A stretch of DNA of 64,000 nucleotides, taken from Penicillus capitatus (lineage: Eukaryota > Plantae > Chlorophyta). The stretch lies in contig OZ287697.1 of NCBI GenBank assembly GCA_965649825.1, positions 1,017,635 to 1,081,634 of the forward strand, given 5' to 3'. Made by a program: the position numbers and the translations under genes. Of this stretch, positions 13,909 to 26,077 are shown one piece after another; position 1 is the stretch's first letter; each line of letters starts with the position of its first letter. The notes beneath the pieces were generated by a model. That model was not told the DNA's origin. It did no database searches and was given only the letters and a program-made list of their open reading frames with translations.

Positions 13909-15332
13909 ATGGGCCTCGACTTTTCTTCGACCGTTTCCCTGACGGCCGTCTACGTTGTTCTGTCGACCGGCTACACCTGGAGAATCGTTGCCCGACAGAG
14001 AGAGGGGCTCGCTCGCTTCGTCTGCTTCCTTCCCGTCCTTCTCGTGAACGCTTTGCTGCCGTTTCTTTACGAGGCGCAGGGGATACACATATACGGTCGC
14101 CTTATCTGTGCATACCACCTTGCCTGGCTCTCCTCCTACAAGGTCGTCTGCCTTGTTTCTGCATGTGTACCGAGCGTCGAACGCTTGGCAGGCGCTGGCG
14201 CTGTGTCTGAATCGCGGGCCACTGGCGAACACCGAACAACGGCATGGCCTCGCGCGCTTCTCCGCCGTCTACCTGCTGCACGTCCTTCCGGCCAAGAGTA
14301 AGCCGCATCTTCTGGAAACGCACATCGTCTGATGGTTCATGCACGTCGGTCGAGATCAACTCAAAGGAGTGGCCAAGCTCAAGCAAGCGATCCTTCTATT
14401 CCTTCGCGCCGCCTTGAAAGCAGGTCAGCTTTCCCATCGTCCGTCCAGGCCACTCATCGGAACGTGCAGTCTGCCTGATCCTGTGCCAGATGGCGCTGTC
14501 TCCGGATGTCAACGACATGTCGTACTTCAACTCCATCGTCGCCGGTGCGTCCCTCCGTGGTAATATGCACGATGTGACTTTTGAGTGTGCAGGATCTGCC
14601 TGCTACTTCTTTACGTCTTTCTTTGCGGACGTCTCGTCTTTCATCGCTCTTGTTTTCTTCGACATCACGTCCATCGACGGATTCGACTACCCGTACTTGG
14701 TAACGCCCTCTCAAGCAGTCACATCGTGGCGAACGAGAATTCTGCCAGTCGACGTCGGTGCGCGACTTCTGGGGGCGCAGGTGGAACATCACGACGGGCA
14801 AAGTCCTTCGCACTCTGTCCTATGACATCATCATCGACGGTACGTCTCTCTGTCCTGTATGCCTTCGGCGAGGCACTGGGAGCCTTCCAGGCAAATGGGT
14901 CCGCAACAGCCACGGCGGCTCGGGGGACAGGAAGAGCGTCTCGGACCTGCGCCGATCGATGGCGATATCCGCGACCTTTGCCTTGAGCGCGGTGACGCAT
15001 CTGCTGTTGGGCTGGTAAAGAAACGCGACGTCTCTTGGGTTTCCCCCTCTGACGGATCCTTCCTTCTTAGGTGCCTCTGGGATGTGGTCTTGTATTCTTA
15101 CGTGTACTACTTCATGCTGCAGCCGATATTCATCATCGGGGAAAGCAAGCTCGCCGATCTCTTCTCCCGCAGCGATGTTCATTCGTTGCCTTCGTGGCTG
15201 TCCGTTCCGATCGTTTTCCACGTGAATCTCTTCATCGCCCAGAGGCTTTTCGTGGCGCCGGGCATGAAGAGCGGACTGGTGAGGGATGCCTTCGAACTGA
15301 GGGACGCGGTCCTCCAAGCTGGTGGCTATTGA
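13909..15332 (+). CDS. MBOAT-family wax-ester/sterol O-acyltransferase (MBOAT_2)
   Basis: Hydrophobic multi-exon ORF. Spliced motif FDYPYL|STSVRDFWGRRWN and ATFALSAVTH are typical of plant-type wax synthase MBOATs. About 6 GT-AG introns. Confidence 0.85.
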
Positions 15333-15555
15333 CGAAGATCGCATGCAGAGGCACGGGAGGGGTCGCAAAGAAGCTGACCTCCGCCTCTCTTGCGGTCGGT
15401 CTGGCACGCACCAGTCCGTCCCTAACTATCTCGACCCGTAACGGCTTCCACTTTGGCTGAACGATTAACATGTCGGTTCTTTTGATGTGACGTACGGTTC
15501 TGTCGGTCGTCCACTCGACTTTCGCAAAAGACAAGCTGAACAACAGCCCGCCGAG

Positions 15556-17458
15556 ATGATGAGCGCGACCCCGTGCGACGACGCCTCGCGCAGCAGAAGC
15601 CTCGAGGAGCGCTTCGAGGAGAGCTACCAGGAGTCGCGTGCCGTCTTCGAGAAAACCCGTGCGTCGCAGGCCGCTGCCGAACTCAGACGCAACCGACAGT
15701 CGCTGGAGGCCGCGCTCGCTCCGCTCCGTCTCCTGCAGTCGGACAGGGTCGCGTCCGAGGCGACCGACGTCGAGACGGACACCCTCGCCCACGAGCGACC
15801 GCGACGCAAGCGAAGGCAGAAGGGGCCATCCGAACGACTCGAGGCGGGAAGGAGCATCGGGGTCAGGCTCGACAGCCTTTCATCCGACGCGCCTCAGTAC
15901 CGCAAGGCGCGCATCCTGCCTGCTGGTCAGACCATTCCGGTCTACACCAGCTGGAGTTTCGTGTCGGCCAATCAGCAGCAGCGGAAGGTGCACAACCACA
16001 AGCGCCTCTTCTACACCGACGACGACACGGGCGAGACGCTGCCGGCGAGCGAAGACGAAGACGAGGTGCAGTCGGAGAGCCATCGCCGATGGGACTCCAG
16101 AGACGTCGAATGGAGGGAGTTCTGCCTGGCCCGATTGCAGGAGGAGGGATGGGAGACGGCGACGTTCATCCCTCTGCTCTCGGAGAGGCTCGGCGTCGAG
16201 ACGTCTTCGCTGGAGGAGAGGCTCCGTCGGGAGAGTGCTCCGCGGCCGGCGCAGGACGCCGTCGTGCAGCTCTGTCGGAGGTGTGTGCGCTACAACTGCT
16301 CGCTGCATCCGGAATCGAACGTCCTGCCGGCACTGCAGCCGCCGCCGCGTGCCGAGGCGCCCGAACAGCCATGCGGTCCCAGGTGCTACCTGAACGACGC
16401 CGTGGAGACGTCGACGCTGTGGGGAGAGGGAGGCTGGGACAGCGACGAGATCGACCTTCTCGAGAAGGTGAGCGTCGACAGGCGTTTCATTCGAGGAGAG
16501 ATCGTGTGAAGGGACTTGATGTCTACGGCGAGCGTCCGTGCGAGCTGCAGAAGTTCGTCTTCACGAAGACCTGCTCGCAGATCCGGCGACACTTGCAGAG
16601 ACATCCCGGACTGGGGACAAAACGCATGGCGAGTCTGCCGAGGAGACGCAGGGTGGCGAAGAAGGTCTCGGTCGGGTGCCGAAAGGGCGCGCCTGTCGTG
16701 GCCAAGCGTCTGCGTCACCAGGAGTCCGAGCTCTGGCACCAGTACCTGCCCTGCGCCTGCCGCGCCAACTGCTCAGCGACCTGCCCCTGCGTCAAGTCCA
16801 AGAACTTCTGCGACAAGTACTGCGCCTGCTGGAACGGACACCGGACGTTCAAGAGAGTATGCGGCAATGCCTGGAAAGGCTGCAAGTGCGTGCAGCGCTG
16901 CGAGACGCAACGGTGTCCGTGCGTAGCGGCGTCGAGGGAATGCGATCCAGACGTGTGCATCTCGTGCCGTTCCGACGGGACGTCCTGCTGCCGCAACATG
17001 AGCATTCGGATGCGACGGAACAAGCGAGTGGCGATGGGGCTGTCCGAGATCGTCGGATGGGGAACGTTCATGCTCGAGAGCGTCAAAAAGGACGAGCTCA
17101 TCGGTAAGCACGCCAATCGGAGAGAGGGGACGAGACAGTGGACTGCCTAGGCGAGTACACGGGCGAGCTGATCAGCGACGAAGAGGCTGAGAGAAGGGGG
17201 AGGGTCTACGACATCGAGGACAGATCCTATCTCTTCAGTGCAACGGCCGAGACGGTGATCGATGCAAATCATCGAGGAAACACGCTGCGCTTTGCCAATC
17301 ACTCTTCGGAGCCCAATTGCTATGTTAAGTACCTGCTGGTTGACGGAGACTATCGCGTGGGTATCTTTGCCGGGAGGGACATCCGAGCCGGAGAGGAGCT
17401 CCTTTACGATTACGGGAGCTCTTTTCTGTCTCACTGGAACACGGAAAGAGGGACTTAA
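15556..17458 (+). CDS. EZH2: Enhancer of zeste-type H3K27 methyltransferase (PRC2 catalytic subunit)
   Basis: IPVYTSWSFVSANQ..RLFYTDDDTGETL and LCRRCVRYNCSLH (E(z)/CLF N-terminal motifs), CXC domain (YLPCACRANCSATCPC..NFCDKYCAC), SET domain (GEYTGELIS..RFANHS.EPNC..GEELLYDY). Two GT-AG introns near 16468 and 17107. Confidence 0.92.
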
Positions 17459-17560
17459 AGAATGATCGCGTCGAGCTAACTGTAGCGAACAGCTTTGCCA
17501 TTACCTACGTCTGGCACATGTAGAAGCATTACTGATTGTTTTCCGTCAGAGCAATTTGAA

Positions 17561-19533
17561 ATGTCTTTGCTTGCGCGATTCGGCCTAGGACGGAAGGTGA
17601 TTGGCACGTGCGTCGTCGTTTTCATTATTATCTTCCTGGCGTCCATCACCCTGTTGCCAAACAGTACTCTGTTCATTGACGGGAAATCCTCGGTGAAAAT
17701 TGTTTGGACGGGTACAGGTCCCACGGCAAGGTATCAAGAGACGGCGTTTATTCGACGCATTGGGGCGTTTAAAGTCTTGACGGAAAACAGGAACATATCG
17801 AATTGGTTAAATAAACCTAAAATCGAAAACTTGCGGGACAACAAAACTCAAGAAAGCCTAATAACCGGGACATCTTCTGACGTGCTCAGGACGGCTGCGA
17901 GAGGATATGGAACGACACAGAATGGCTTGAATGGCTTCATAAAGGTGCCTATGAACGCCATCATGTTTATCGAAACTCGACAGTTGTTGAGAAATATGCA
18001 TGTATAGACTGCAGAGGGAGTAAAAGTAGAAAATTTGACCCGCAGAGAGAACACATTTGTCGGCGACAAGATTCTACTACCGACCTCGTTTCATCTTTTT
18101 TCTCCAGAGTCTGTCTACCGGGCAAATGATGAAATCTGTGCCCAATGCCCAGACAGTGACTGCAATCTCGGATGCCAGAAGTACCAGGAGTTGCTGAGTC
18201 ACCTAAACGAGACGAGCGTCGAGAGTGGAGATGCCCGACTCCATGTCATTCCTGTGGATCCGTTGTCGTGGTTTCGCAAGACAGAGGCAGATACGACACA
18301 GTACCGAGCACTGCTTACAGAGATGGCCAGATCGGTCAAGTCTGCTTACGCGTACCGCACGTTCAAGGGATCCGATCACGTCTTCGTCTGTCTGGACGGT
18401 GATGGATGCGTGGAGTTTGCTAATGATCTGTCCAAGACGCTGGCGGACGGTCTGGGATCGAGGGCCATCTTTGCCGCAAAGGGTGCCCGCGGCAGCAGCC
18501 TTCAATGGCCATGTCCTCTGAGGGTCATCGACTTGGACAGAGAGGGTGTCGATGATGTGACGGCTGATGTGGATCATATTGTTCAACGAGCAAGTATCAT
18601 GATCGACCGGCGAAATCGCTGGATCTGTGCCGACAAAGATCACCCAGCTGTGCACTGGGAAAGAATGACGAAGGTGGAAGCCAATGGAGTCATCATGAAA
18701 CAGTGAACAAGCACGATGGCAAATCTGCTTTCAATGGGGATTCTGTGTAGATATGGCTTTGTCATATGCTCCATACCCAAGAGCGGGAGCACGATGACAA
18801 GAGTCCTCATGCATAAAATGAGCGGGCACAAGGACTGGAATAACACCCGAAATGTGCAATCAGGATTGCATTACTTCAGTTCTCTTGAACAAGATGAGAA
18901 AACGGTAGATCGTACACAACACTCATCTCGACAAGCAGAGGATCTGTATCTTTCTTCTAGGCTCTCCTGAAAAACGCGAGTTTCGTCAGGGCAGCGATTG
19001 TCCGTCATCCAATTTCACGCTTGCTGTCAGGTTATCTCGACAAGATTCGCGATAAGGGCCAGTATGGCAGAGTCAAACGGGTGCGGGGCTGCATGAAAGG
19101 CCGAAGAAGAAAGGAACCTGCCTTCCACAAATTCGTACACTGTCTCACCAAGCTGCATCCGAATCCAGACAAACTCGACCGGCATTTCCGAATCCAATCC
19201 TCCTACTGCAATTTTCGACACGTTGAGCTTGACTTCGTTGGCAAGCAAGGCGATCTTCTGCCAGAGATGAAAGAATTTGGAACGTCCCTTAACTTCTGGG
19301 AAGAATACGGCGCCGATGGATGGGGAGATGGACACCATGCATTCGGTGAGAAGTCTTACCAGACACGCACCCATGACTCAGCAAATCAAATCTGGCAGTA
19401 CTACACTGAGGATCTGATGATGAAAGTCTATAAGTACTACAAAGAGGACTTTGATCGATTTGGATTTACCGTGAAGGAGATTCTGGCCACGAAGTCAAAA
19501 AAGACTGCAATGAACAATTCGATCAGCTTGTAA
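17561..19533 (+). CDS. Golgi type II membrane protein: partial exostosin (GT47)-like region fused to a carbohydrate sulfotransferase (Sulfotransfer_2) domain
   Basis: N-terminal TM (VIGTCVVVFIIIFLASITLL); exostosin-like DARLHVIP and RTFKGSDHVFVCLDGDGC; PAPS-binding motifs CSIPKSGST and IVRHPISRLLSGYLDK; DRHFRIQSSYC. About 3 introns. Confidence 0.8.
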
Positions 19534-20776
19534 ACTTGTATTGATGTGCTGCATCTTCCTAGTAGAGTCTTGCTAAGCAAGGGGCGTATCGTCCGATGTC
19601 GCGCAGATGATGATGTCGACAGAAAAAAACCGTGGTTCAACAAAGAGCCAGAAGTGGAACTCCGCGACGGCAGATTTCTGCGTTTGCACACGACTGGTAT
19701 ACAATCTGGGAACATAGAAAGCCTGCTTTTTCTACACGAGCCTTGCTTCCCGTTCGTACTTCCAAATGTGTGCACCCGATCCTCGTCCTTCGACATGTTC
19801 TTGCGGCCTTATCCGTGATCCAAAAGAATCACATCAAGTGAGGACTGGGGTCCAATTCATTTCCAAAGTCGGACAGTTCTCTTTCATACTGTTCCCCATC
19901 GGAATGACTTTTTGAGGTTATCGTCTTTGAGCTTCAAAGACCTACAAGCTTAGAGTGCACATAATATGAAAAACCAGGTGTCCGGCCTTCCTTGTGCAGG
20001 TGGAACGTAACAGCGCACTTGGGACATTCTCTTCTTCGGATCCTTGTTCAATTGACTTCTTCTCAGCGGACCTTTTTCGAAGACAATCTCTCGCCCGGTA
20101 AAAGGTGTGTTATTAGCTAATGATGCTGTTTTAAAGGCCTTTCCTTTACGTATCATAAAAACGACACAGGGTCAACGTCATGGCCACACGAAGAGTGGAT
20201 GTTTGCTGGCTGCTCTGTCGTTCTCCTGTAGAACGGCGCAGCGACTCTCTCCTACAAGAAACGCGCCGGCATAGGAATCCGTGTTTATCAAAAGGGATCG
20301 AATAGTGGCGGCAGACTGAACAAACAGGTGAATGCGACAAGAACGGACTGACCGACTGCCAACAGCGTGCAAAACATGTTTAGGAGAAATTGCGAACGCG
20401 TTTCTTCGAAGAGCGTCCGTCGCATACTCAAGAATTGTCGATCCGGCCGATAGCACTGATTGTGCAATACACCACCGTCGTTTTCAAACGTTCGAACTGG
20501 CAGATATAGAACGTGAAAAGGGACAGACATAGATCTCGGCAGATTTGCTTTCGGTCCTCCGACGGCACATGTGTGGCTGTTCGTTCCGTACATGCGTAAA
20601 GGTGGCGAAGCCCAGTGTTCTGTCAGTACCAATAACCTTGAACATGACGTCGGCAAAGATCTGACGACGCGGTAGAACAATTAACGGGCTAACTAAACGC
20701 GTTGTCGTCATTCTCAAACGTGCTTTCCGCCGCCAAACGTTAATCCTTATCGAAAAGCCACAGAGTCATCTGGAAG

Positions 20777-21984
20777 ATGTGGCTGAACGCGTCGCGTTTG
20801 CTTGTCACCACGACGTTTCTTTTCTTCCTCTCCTGTTCCGGGTCGGCGTATGTGAATAACAGCGAGGGAGGCATGGAGTTCACACAACAGAGCGGCCGTC
20901 TTTCCCGAGTCTCTTCTCCAAAAGAAGACATCGTTCCATTACTTGCTAAGAACGCCGCCGTAAGACAGTAAATATCCTCTGTCAGCGATTCTCACAGGCT
21001 TGATGTGCGAAGGAAACGTTTGTCGGCGGACACACAACTTACGGCGGCGTCGCCCACAGTCGTCCATGCTGCACGTCGTTTAGAGATGGTCGCATCGACT
21101 GTTTTGTTCGCGGAACGAGGTCGAATGTGATGCACATTCGAATCCAAGACGGCGAGCACAGTGAGTGGCAGGACCTCGGTTTCGTCATCGCTGACGGTAT
21201 CGAATGCCTCAACCGCGGCACCGGCGTCATCGATATCATTGTGCTGGACGCCTACCACCATCTTTTCCACAACACTTTCTCCGACGAAAAGTGGAGCGGT
21301 TGGGTGCTTACCGAAGGGATATTCATGGAGGTGCCTTCCTGTGCAGCCCAATCCTCTACCGACATCGCTTGTATGGCGAGGGGAACGGACAACGGGGCTT
21401 ACTTCACTGGGCTCTCCGGCGGAGAATGGACGTCGTTTTCAAGTGTGGGGGGACAATTGTTGTATCCCATTGGGTGTGTGACGAGAGGCAACCTCCACAT
21501 CGACTGCTTCGCCAGTGGAACAAACCTGCGCATGTATACCAAATACTGGTCACAAGCAGGCTGGGGAGGCTGGGCAGATCTCGGTGGATCTGTGAAGGGG
21601 CGGCCGTCAGTGACGACATGGGATCTATCCACAGCGGATCGAAGAAGAATCGATGTGTTTTCTTTGAGTGCTGTGACGAACAGTGTCATGCAGAAGACAT
21701 GGGATGGATGGAAATGGCTCGTGTGGGTCGATCTGGGTGGCTACTTTGCCTCCAATCCCGAATGTGTGACGACTGGAGTCGACAGGATCCACTGTTTCGC
21801 TGTCAGCTATGAGTTCTATCTTCACAGGAACGATTGCCAAGCAGGATGGTGGAGTGGCTGGACCAGTGTCAGAGTCAAGTGTATCGAAGCACCGTCTTGT
21901 GTTGTTTCGACCCCGAACGTGGTATCCTGTTATTGTCGGGACTTCAATTTGACCTTGATGGAGATGGTCTTCGACTACAACTAA
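20777..21984 (+). CDS. Secreted beta-propeller lectin-like protein, copy 2
   Basis: Signal exon MWLNASRLLVTTTFLFFLSCSGSA. A GTAAGA..GAAG intron removes the apparent stop at 20969 and joins in frame to ORF 21127-21984 with WQDLG/WADLGG/WVDLGG repeats. Confidence 0.88.
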
Positions 21985-22082
21985 GATCTGCCCGGTCTGC
22001 CAAACAAATGATTTGGCAACCGCCTTCGCTTTTATTCATTGTTCTCACTCAAATCTTCAATCTGTCAAACGAGCAACCATTG

Positions 22083-22087
22083 TGTAA
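22083..22087 (+). terminator. Putative chlorophyte polyadenylation signal TGTAA (mirrored at 27176-27180 for copy 4)
   Basis: TGTAA lies about 100 nt after the lectin stop and is retained in both inverted copies. UGUAA is the known green-algal poly(A) signal. Confidence 0.45.
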
Positions 22088-22458
22088 GGCTTCTCCGTTT
22101 GATTGTGGAATGAATGTCCAGATGGGCTCGGACTTGAACTTTCATCAGGTTCGAGTACTCGACGTCAGCCTTCCTTGTTCTCCAGTACTTTAGAACAGAA
22201 ACCATCGGAGAAGCGACATGTTTTTCCTCGGGCGTTTGCACAAATTTATCAGCCCATCACTGTGACGATGTCCACACTCTTTCTTCGGAAAGTCACGCCG
22301 TACTCTGCAAGTACGTGTCTCTCTCGGATGCGTCGTCCAGTACTTTGTTCGTGTCGTACGCATGAGTCTCAGTTGACACGGCAATTCGCGTCAGGGCATC
22401 GGTCGACCTGCACATTTCTCTCCGACTGTCATTTGTCTGTCTGTACGCCGAGCGAAAG

Positions 22459-23619
22459 ATGCCACGCGAACACTCTCTTCTACTGACGGTCGTCGCCGCT
22501 TTGATGACGGCGGCGGTAAAGTCGAGCGCCGTCTCTGCCGGTCTTGCACAAGCGACTGGATGCAGGCCGACGGCGGAAGACGCCGTTGGGGAACTCTCGG
22601 AAACCGACGTTTCTGTGGCGACCGTCGGCGGCGAGCCTTGTCTCTATTCGAACGCGGTCGAGGCTAGACCTCCTCGCGAGAAGTTCAGAAGAATCGGCGG
22701 TAGCGCACAGAGCCGACCGTGCTGCACGTCGTGGGGACCGGGCCGCATCGACTGCTTCGTTCAAGGCCCGAAGGCAAACGTGCTGCACATCCAGGGAGCC
22801 GATGGCGAGTGGCAGGACCTGGGCAATATCGTCATCATCGGCGACATCGAATGTGTGAGTCGCGACGTCGGCGTCATCGACGTGTTCGTGCAGGACAGAT
22901 CTTCCCGTCTGCGCGTCAATACCTACGCGTGGGGTCAGTGGAGTGGCTGGAAGTCCCTGGGTGGGTCGGTGATGGAGGTCCCCTCCTGCGTGGCGCGGAC
23001 AAAGAGCATCGTCAACTGCATGTCGAGAAAGATGGACGGTACATATCAACACATCGGATCCGTCAGCGGCGACTGGATTTTTATCGACAACTTCGGTGAC
23101 AGGGCCTGGACGCCGATGGCGTGTTCCGCCAAGTCCGCCGATCACTTCGATTGCTTCGGCGGCGGAGATCACATGCATCTGTCGGTGCAGCGATGGAAAG
23201 ACGACTGGATCGAGTGGGAGGATCTAGGTGTCCAAGCAACTGGCCGACCATCTGTGACAACCTGGAACCAAAACAGAATCGACGTGTTTGTTATGTCGGC
23301 GGAGAGCAGAGCTGTTCTGCATCTGGCCTTCGATGGCGCTGCCCAGAGACCGGTGGAGGATCTGGGAGGCGTTTTCGATTCCGCACCCGAGTGTGTGACA
23401 CCTGTAGTCGGCATCATCCACTGCTTCGCCGTTGGTGAAGGATCTTATCTCTACAGGAATTCGTTCTACGGGAAGCAGTGGACGGGCTGGATCAAATCCT
23501 TTGGCTTCTTCCTGGATACTCCATCCTGTGTCGTCTCGAACGAGCGCGAGATCACATGTGCTGCTAGAAGATTTAACAAAGAAGTGGCTTTCATCTCGTA
23601 CAACTTTGACAATGAGTGA
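22459..23619 (+). CDS. Secreted beta-propeller lectin-like protein, copy 3 (single exon)
   Basis: Uninterrupted 386-aa ORF with signal peptide and the same repeats (SRPCCTSWGPGRIDCF, WEDLG, EDLGGVFDSAPEC). Confidence 0.9.
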   Translation: MPREHSLLLTVVAALMTAAVKSSAVSAGLAQATGCRPTAEDAVGELSETDVSVATVGGEPCLYSNAVEARPPREKFRRIGGSAQSRPCCTSWGPGRIDCFVQGPKANVLHIQGADGEWQDLGNIVIIGDIECVSRDVGVIDVFVQDRSSRLRVNTYAWGQWSGWKSLGGSVMEVPSCVARTKSIVNCMSRKMDGTYQHIGSVSGDWIFIDNFGDRAWTPMACSAKSADHFDCFGGGDHMHLSVQRWKDDWIEWEDLGVQATGRPSVTTWNQNRIDVFVMSAESRAVLHLAFDGAAQRPVEDLGGVFDSAPECVTPVVGIIHCFAVGEGSYLYRNSFYGKQWTGWIKSFGFFLDTPSCVVSNEREITCAARRFNKEVAFISYNFDNE

Positions 23620-25469
23620 GCTTCTATGTCCGTCCCTCTATCTGCTAAACCTTTCATGAAATGGGGCGTCTAATGTTATTGACTCTCATGTAGCGTCTTG
23701 CTTTCTTCATCTTGTACGATGCGCTAACGCATGCCACTGATCCAGTTGACAGGATCCCTCTCTTTAGAGAGACAACAGATCTCAGCCCAAACGACGTTCG
23801 ATACGCGAAGCGATTCGATTTTGGTGAATAAGCAGCATAGTGAAAGAGTGAGCCGGTCGCTGTTCGGCAAGAGATGTTTTGGATACTTCGGATGTGTGCC
23901 GATCACGTATTGCCTTGACACAAGACCATGTCAACCTCTGCCGTATCGTTCTTCTCCACCGGCCGCTTCTAACTCGATCCAGACCGTCTCTTAGGCGATA
24001 TGTCGGGAGCGTGTTTATCTTGAATGGATCTTTTGTGTATTCTCATCTGAATAAACGTGACGGACGCCATCTGGAAAGCATCTGCTCATCGTGAAGGATA
24101 TTTAAACCGCCAACGAGACAGAAATCGATTCCGTGAGCACTGTAGCGTGTCTCCAAACGGTAAGCTTCTTCATAGGACATCTACAGCTGTTTGGGACGAT
24201 GTAGAAGATCGGCGACGATCCAAGGGGCAATGCGCTGCCTGTGTGACTATGACGAGCCCTTATCTAAAGGTCATGCCCAAGACGTACGCTGTCACTTTTC
24301 GGACAGCCGCCTTGCATAGAATACTACTGCCAAGACTCACGAGTGTTGTGTATGGATTCATCGCCGCTATTGAGGAACAGCCAAGAACCGACACACTCTG
24401 AGCGGTGTGACGGCAGGTTCACGCGGTTCTGGTAGTCAAAAACGAACGTCTCGTCCAGTCTCTCTCTTCCATGCACACGACGCGGCTTTTATGCCAATAA
24501 ACGATGCAGATTTTATATGCAGGTATGCTGTGTGAACTAGATCGTTTGAGTGAGGTCATTGCGAGGTCATTCGTTAGCCGACGATGCGTGGCACCGAAAC
24601 TGGCGACTTTTGTTCTGACGTCATAGCCGCTTTAATTGTCTGTCCTGTGTCGCCTAGGAGAGGAGACAGAAAATTCAGGGCGCTGCTAAAGCAGAGTGCT
24701 GCCGTCTTGCGGCAGGCGTAAGACTAACACACAGGGACGGTCATTTCACCGCAACCTTGACGTGACGTTTTCCAGTTAACAAACAGCGACAGAGAGGCGT
24801 TGAAATCGTGATGTTAAAGAACATCCCATAGCAGTGTACAGAATCGCTGAGAAACTATGCGTGGCAGCTTTCTCCTGCCATCAATGAGGCGATGCCTAGA
24901 TGTTAAGGTCGCGGTAATCGTATCCGACAGCACTATCACCCAACACACAATCACTGCTGCCAGTTTATTTGTTCTCTGCCAGAAAAACAAATACTATATG
25001 TGCACAAATAGATTAACGGAGCAACCCTGTTTCGAGCATATCCTAGCATGATACGTCAGCCACGTTTGACAGAGATCCGCCGACAGTACGTAATTAGAAA
25101 AGAAGACGATGCACAAGCACTTGGCAATATTAAACGCATGGCCATCGTTGCCCTTCTAAAGATGACATCCTTATTGTATAGAGTCTTGCTAAAAGTGTGA
25201 GAAATCACAAGACATTTCTCAGATACGTGTCTAGCAGCAAACAACGATCGAGGCGCAAATAATGAATGACCCATTGCGGGGCATTAAAGAACGCGCATGC
25301 GTGACACGCATTTATGAAGTAGGAGATGGTAGGATGTGCGTGATTTTAAAAAGTGGATCCAAAATCCGCGTGTGGTCTTCTTTAGTGTCTTTTCCACATC
25401 TTCTTGTTTCACAAACAGTCCGCTCAACCGCAATTCGCTTTCCACACCAGTAGAGCGACCTCGACGAAA

Positions 25470-26077
25470 ATGAACGCCGGAGCCGAGAACTTGACACCGG
25501 AAGACATTGAAGAGCTCAAAGAGGCGTTCAGTTTGTTAGATAAGGACGGCGACGGTGCAACCCTTGCCGAGCATACGTGCGATGTCAACATGTGTTCTCT
25601 TAACAGGAAAGATTTCGGCGGATGAGCTCGCCTTCGTTATGCAGAACTTAGGGCAGAGCGCATCGCAGAGCGAAGTGCATGGACTGATGCGACGCGTCGA
25701 CTCCGACGGAGACGGCACCATCGATTTTGCTGAGTTTGTGAGCGCCATGGGGAAAAGAGGAAAGGTACATAGGCCGAACGTACCAACATCTAAGACGTTG
25801 CTGCCAACAGCGCAGCTATGACGATGAACTGCGAGAAGCGTTCAAAGCGTTTGACAAAGACGGCAACGGCTTCATCTCAGCTGCCGAGGTGCATCTAATC
25901 TCAGAAGGCATTGCTCAAGTGTGACTGACATGTGGATGATAGTTGCGCGATGTCATGAGAATCATCGGCGAAGAATTGACAGACGATGTACTGGACGATA
26001 TGATTCGGGATGCGGATATGGATGGCGATGGGCAGATGAACTACGAGGAGTTTGCCAGAATGATGCGAGCAAAATGA
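25470..26077 (+). CDS. Calmodulin-like four-EF-hand protein
   Basis: Three GT-AG introns give EF loops [36 protein letters not shown] and [12 protein letters not shown]. It is diverged from canonical CaM. Confidence 0.9.

Larger units (their letters stand above)
20000..22192 (+). repeat. Left arm of a roughly 2.2-kb inverted duplication (lectin gene plus flanks)
   Basis: Reverse-complement match to 27064-29250, from cgcactt..ttgttcaattgac (about 20005) to ccagtacttta (about 22190). Includes about 0.8 kb upstream, the CDS and the 3' flank. Ends approximate. Confidence 0.9.

Noticed and set aside
15573-17150. 525-aa overlapping ORF
   Set aside because: Alternative frame of E(z). Only the part between the two introns is the real coding frame.
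19546-20156. Short ORFs after the sulfotransferase (one Lys/Arg-rich, superficially histone-like)
   Set aside because: No histone-fold or other motif, and partly inside the duplicated non-coding flank.
21982-22010. Conserved 9-codon extension after the TAA of lectin copies 2 and 4 (possible read-through)
   Set aside because: Explained by the recency of the duplication; no independent evidence of read-through.
23650-25460. Intergenic ORFs (e.g. 24057-24401) and 26100-27060
   Set aside because: No motifs, splice-consistent structure or paralogy detected.
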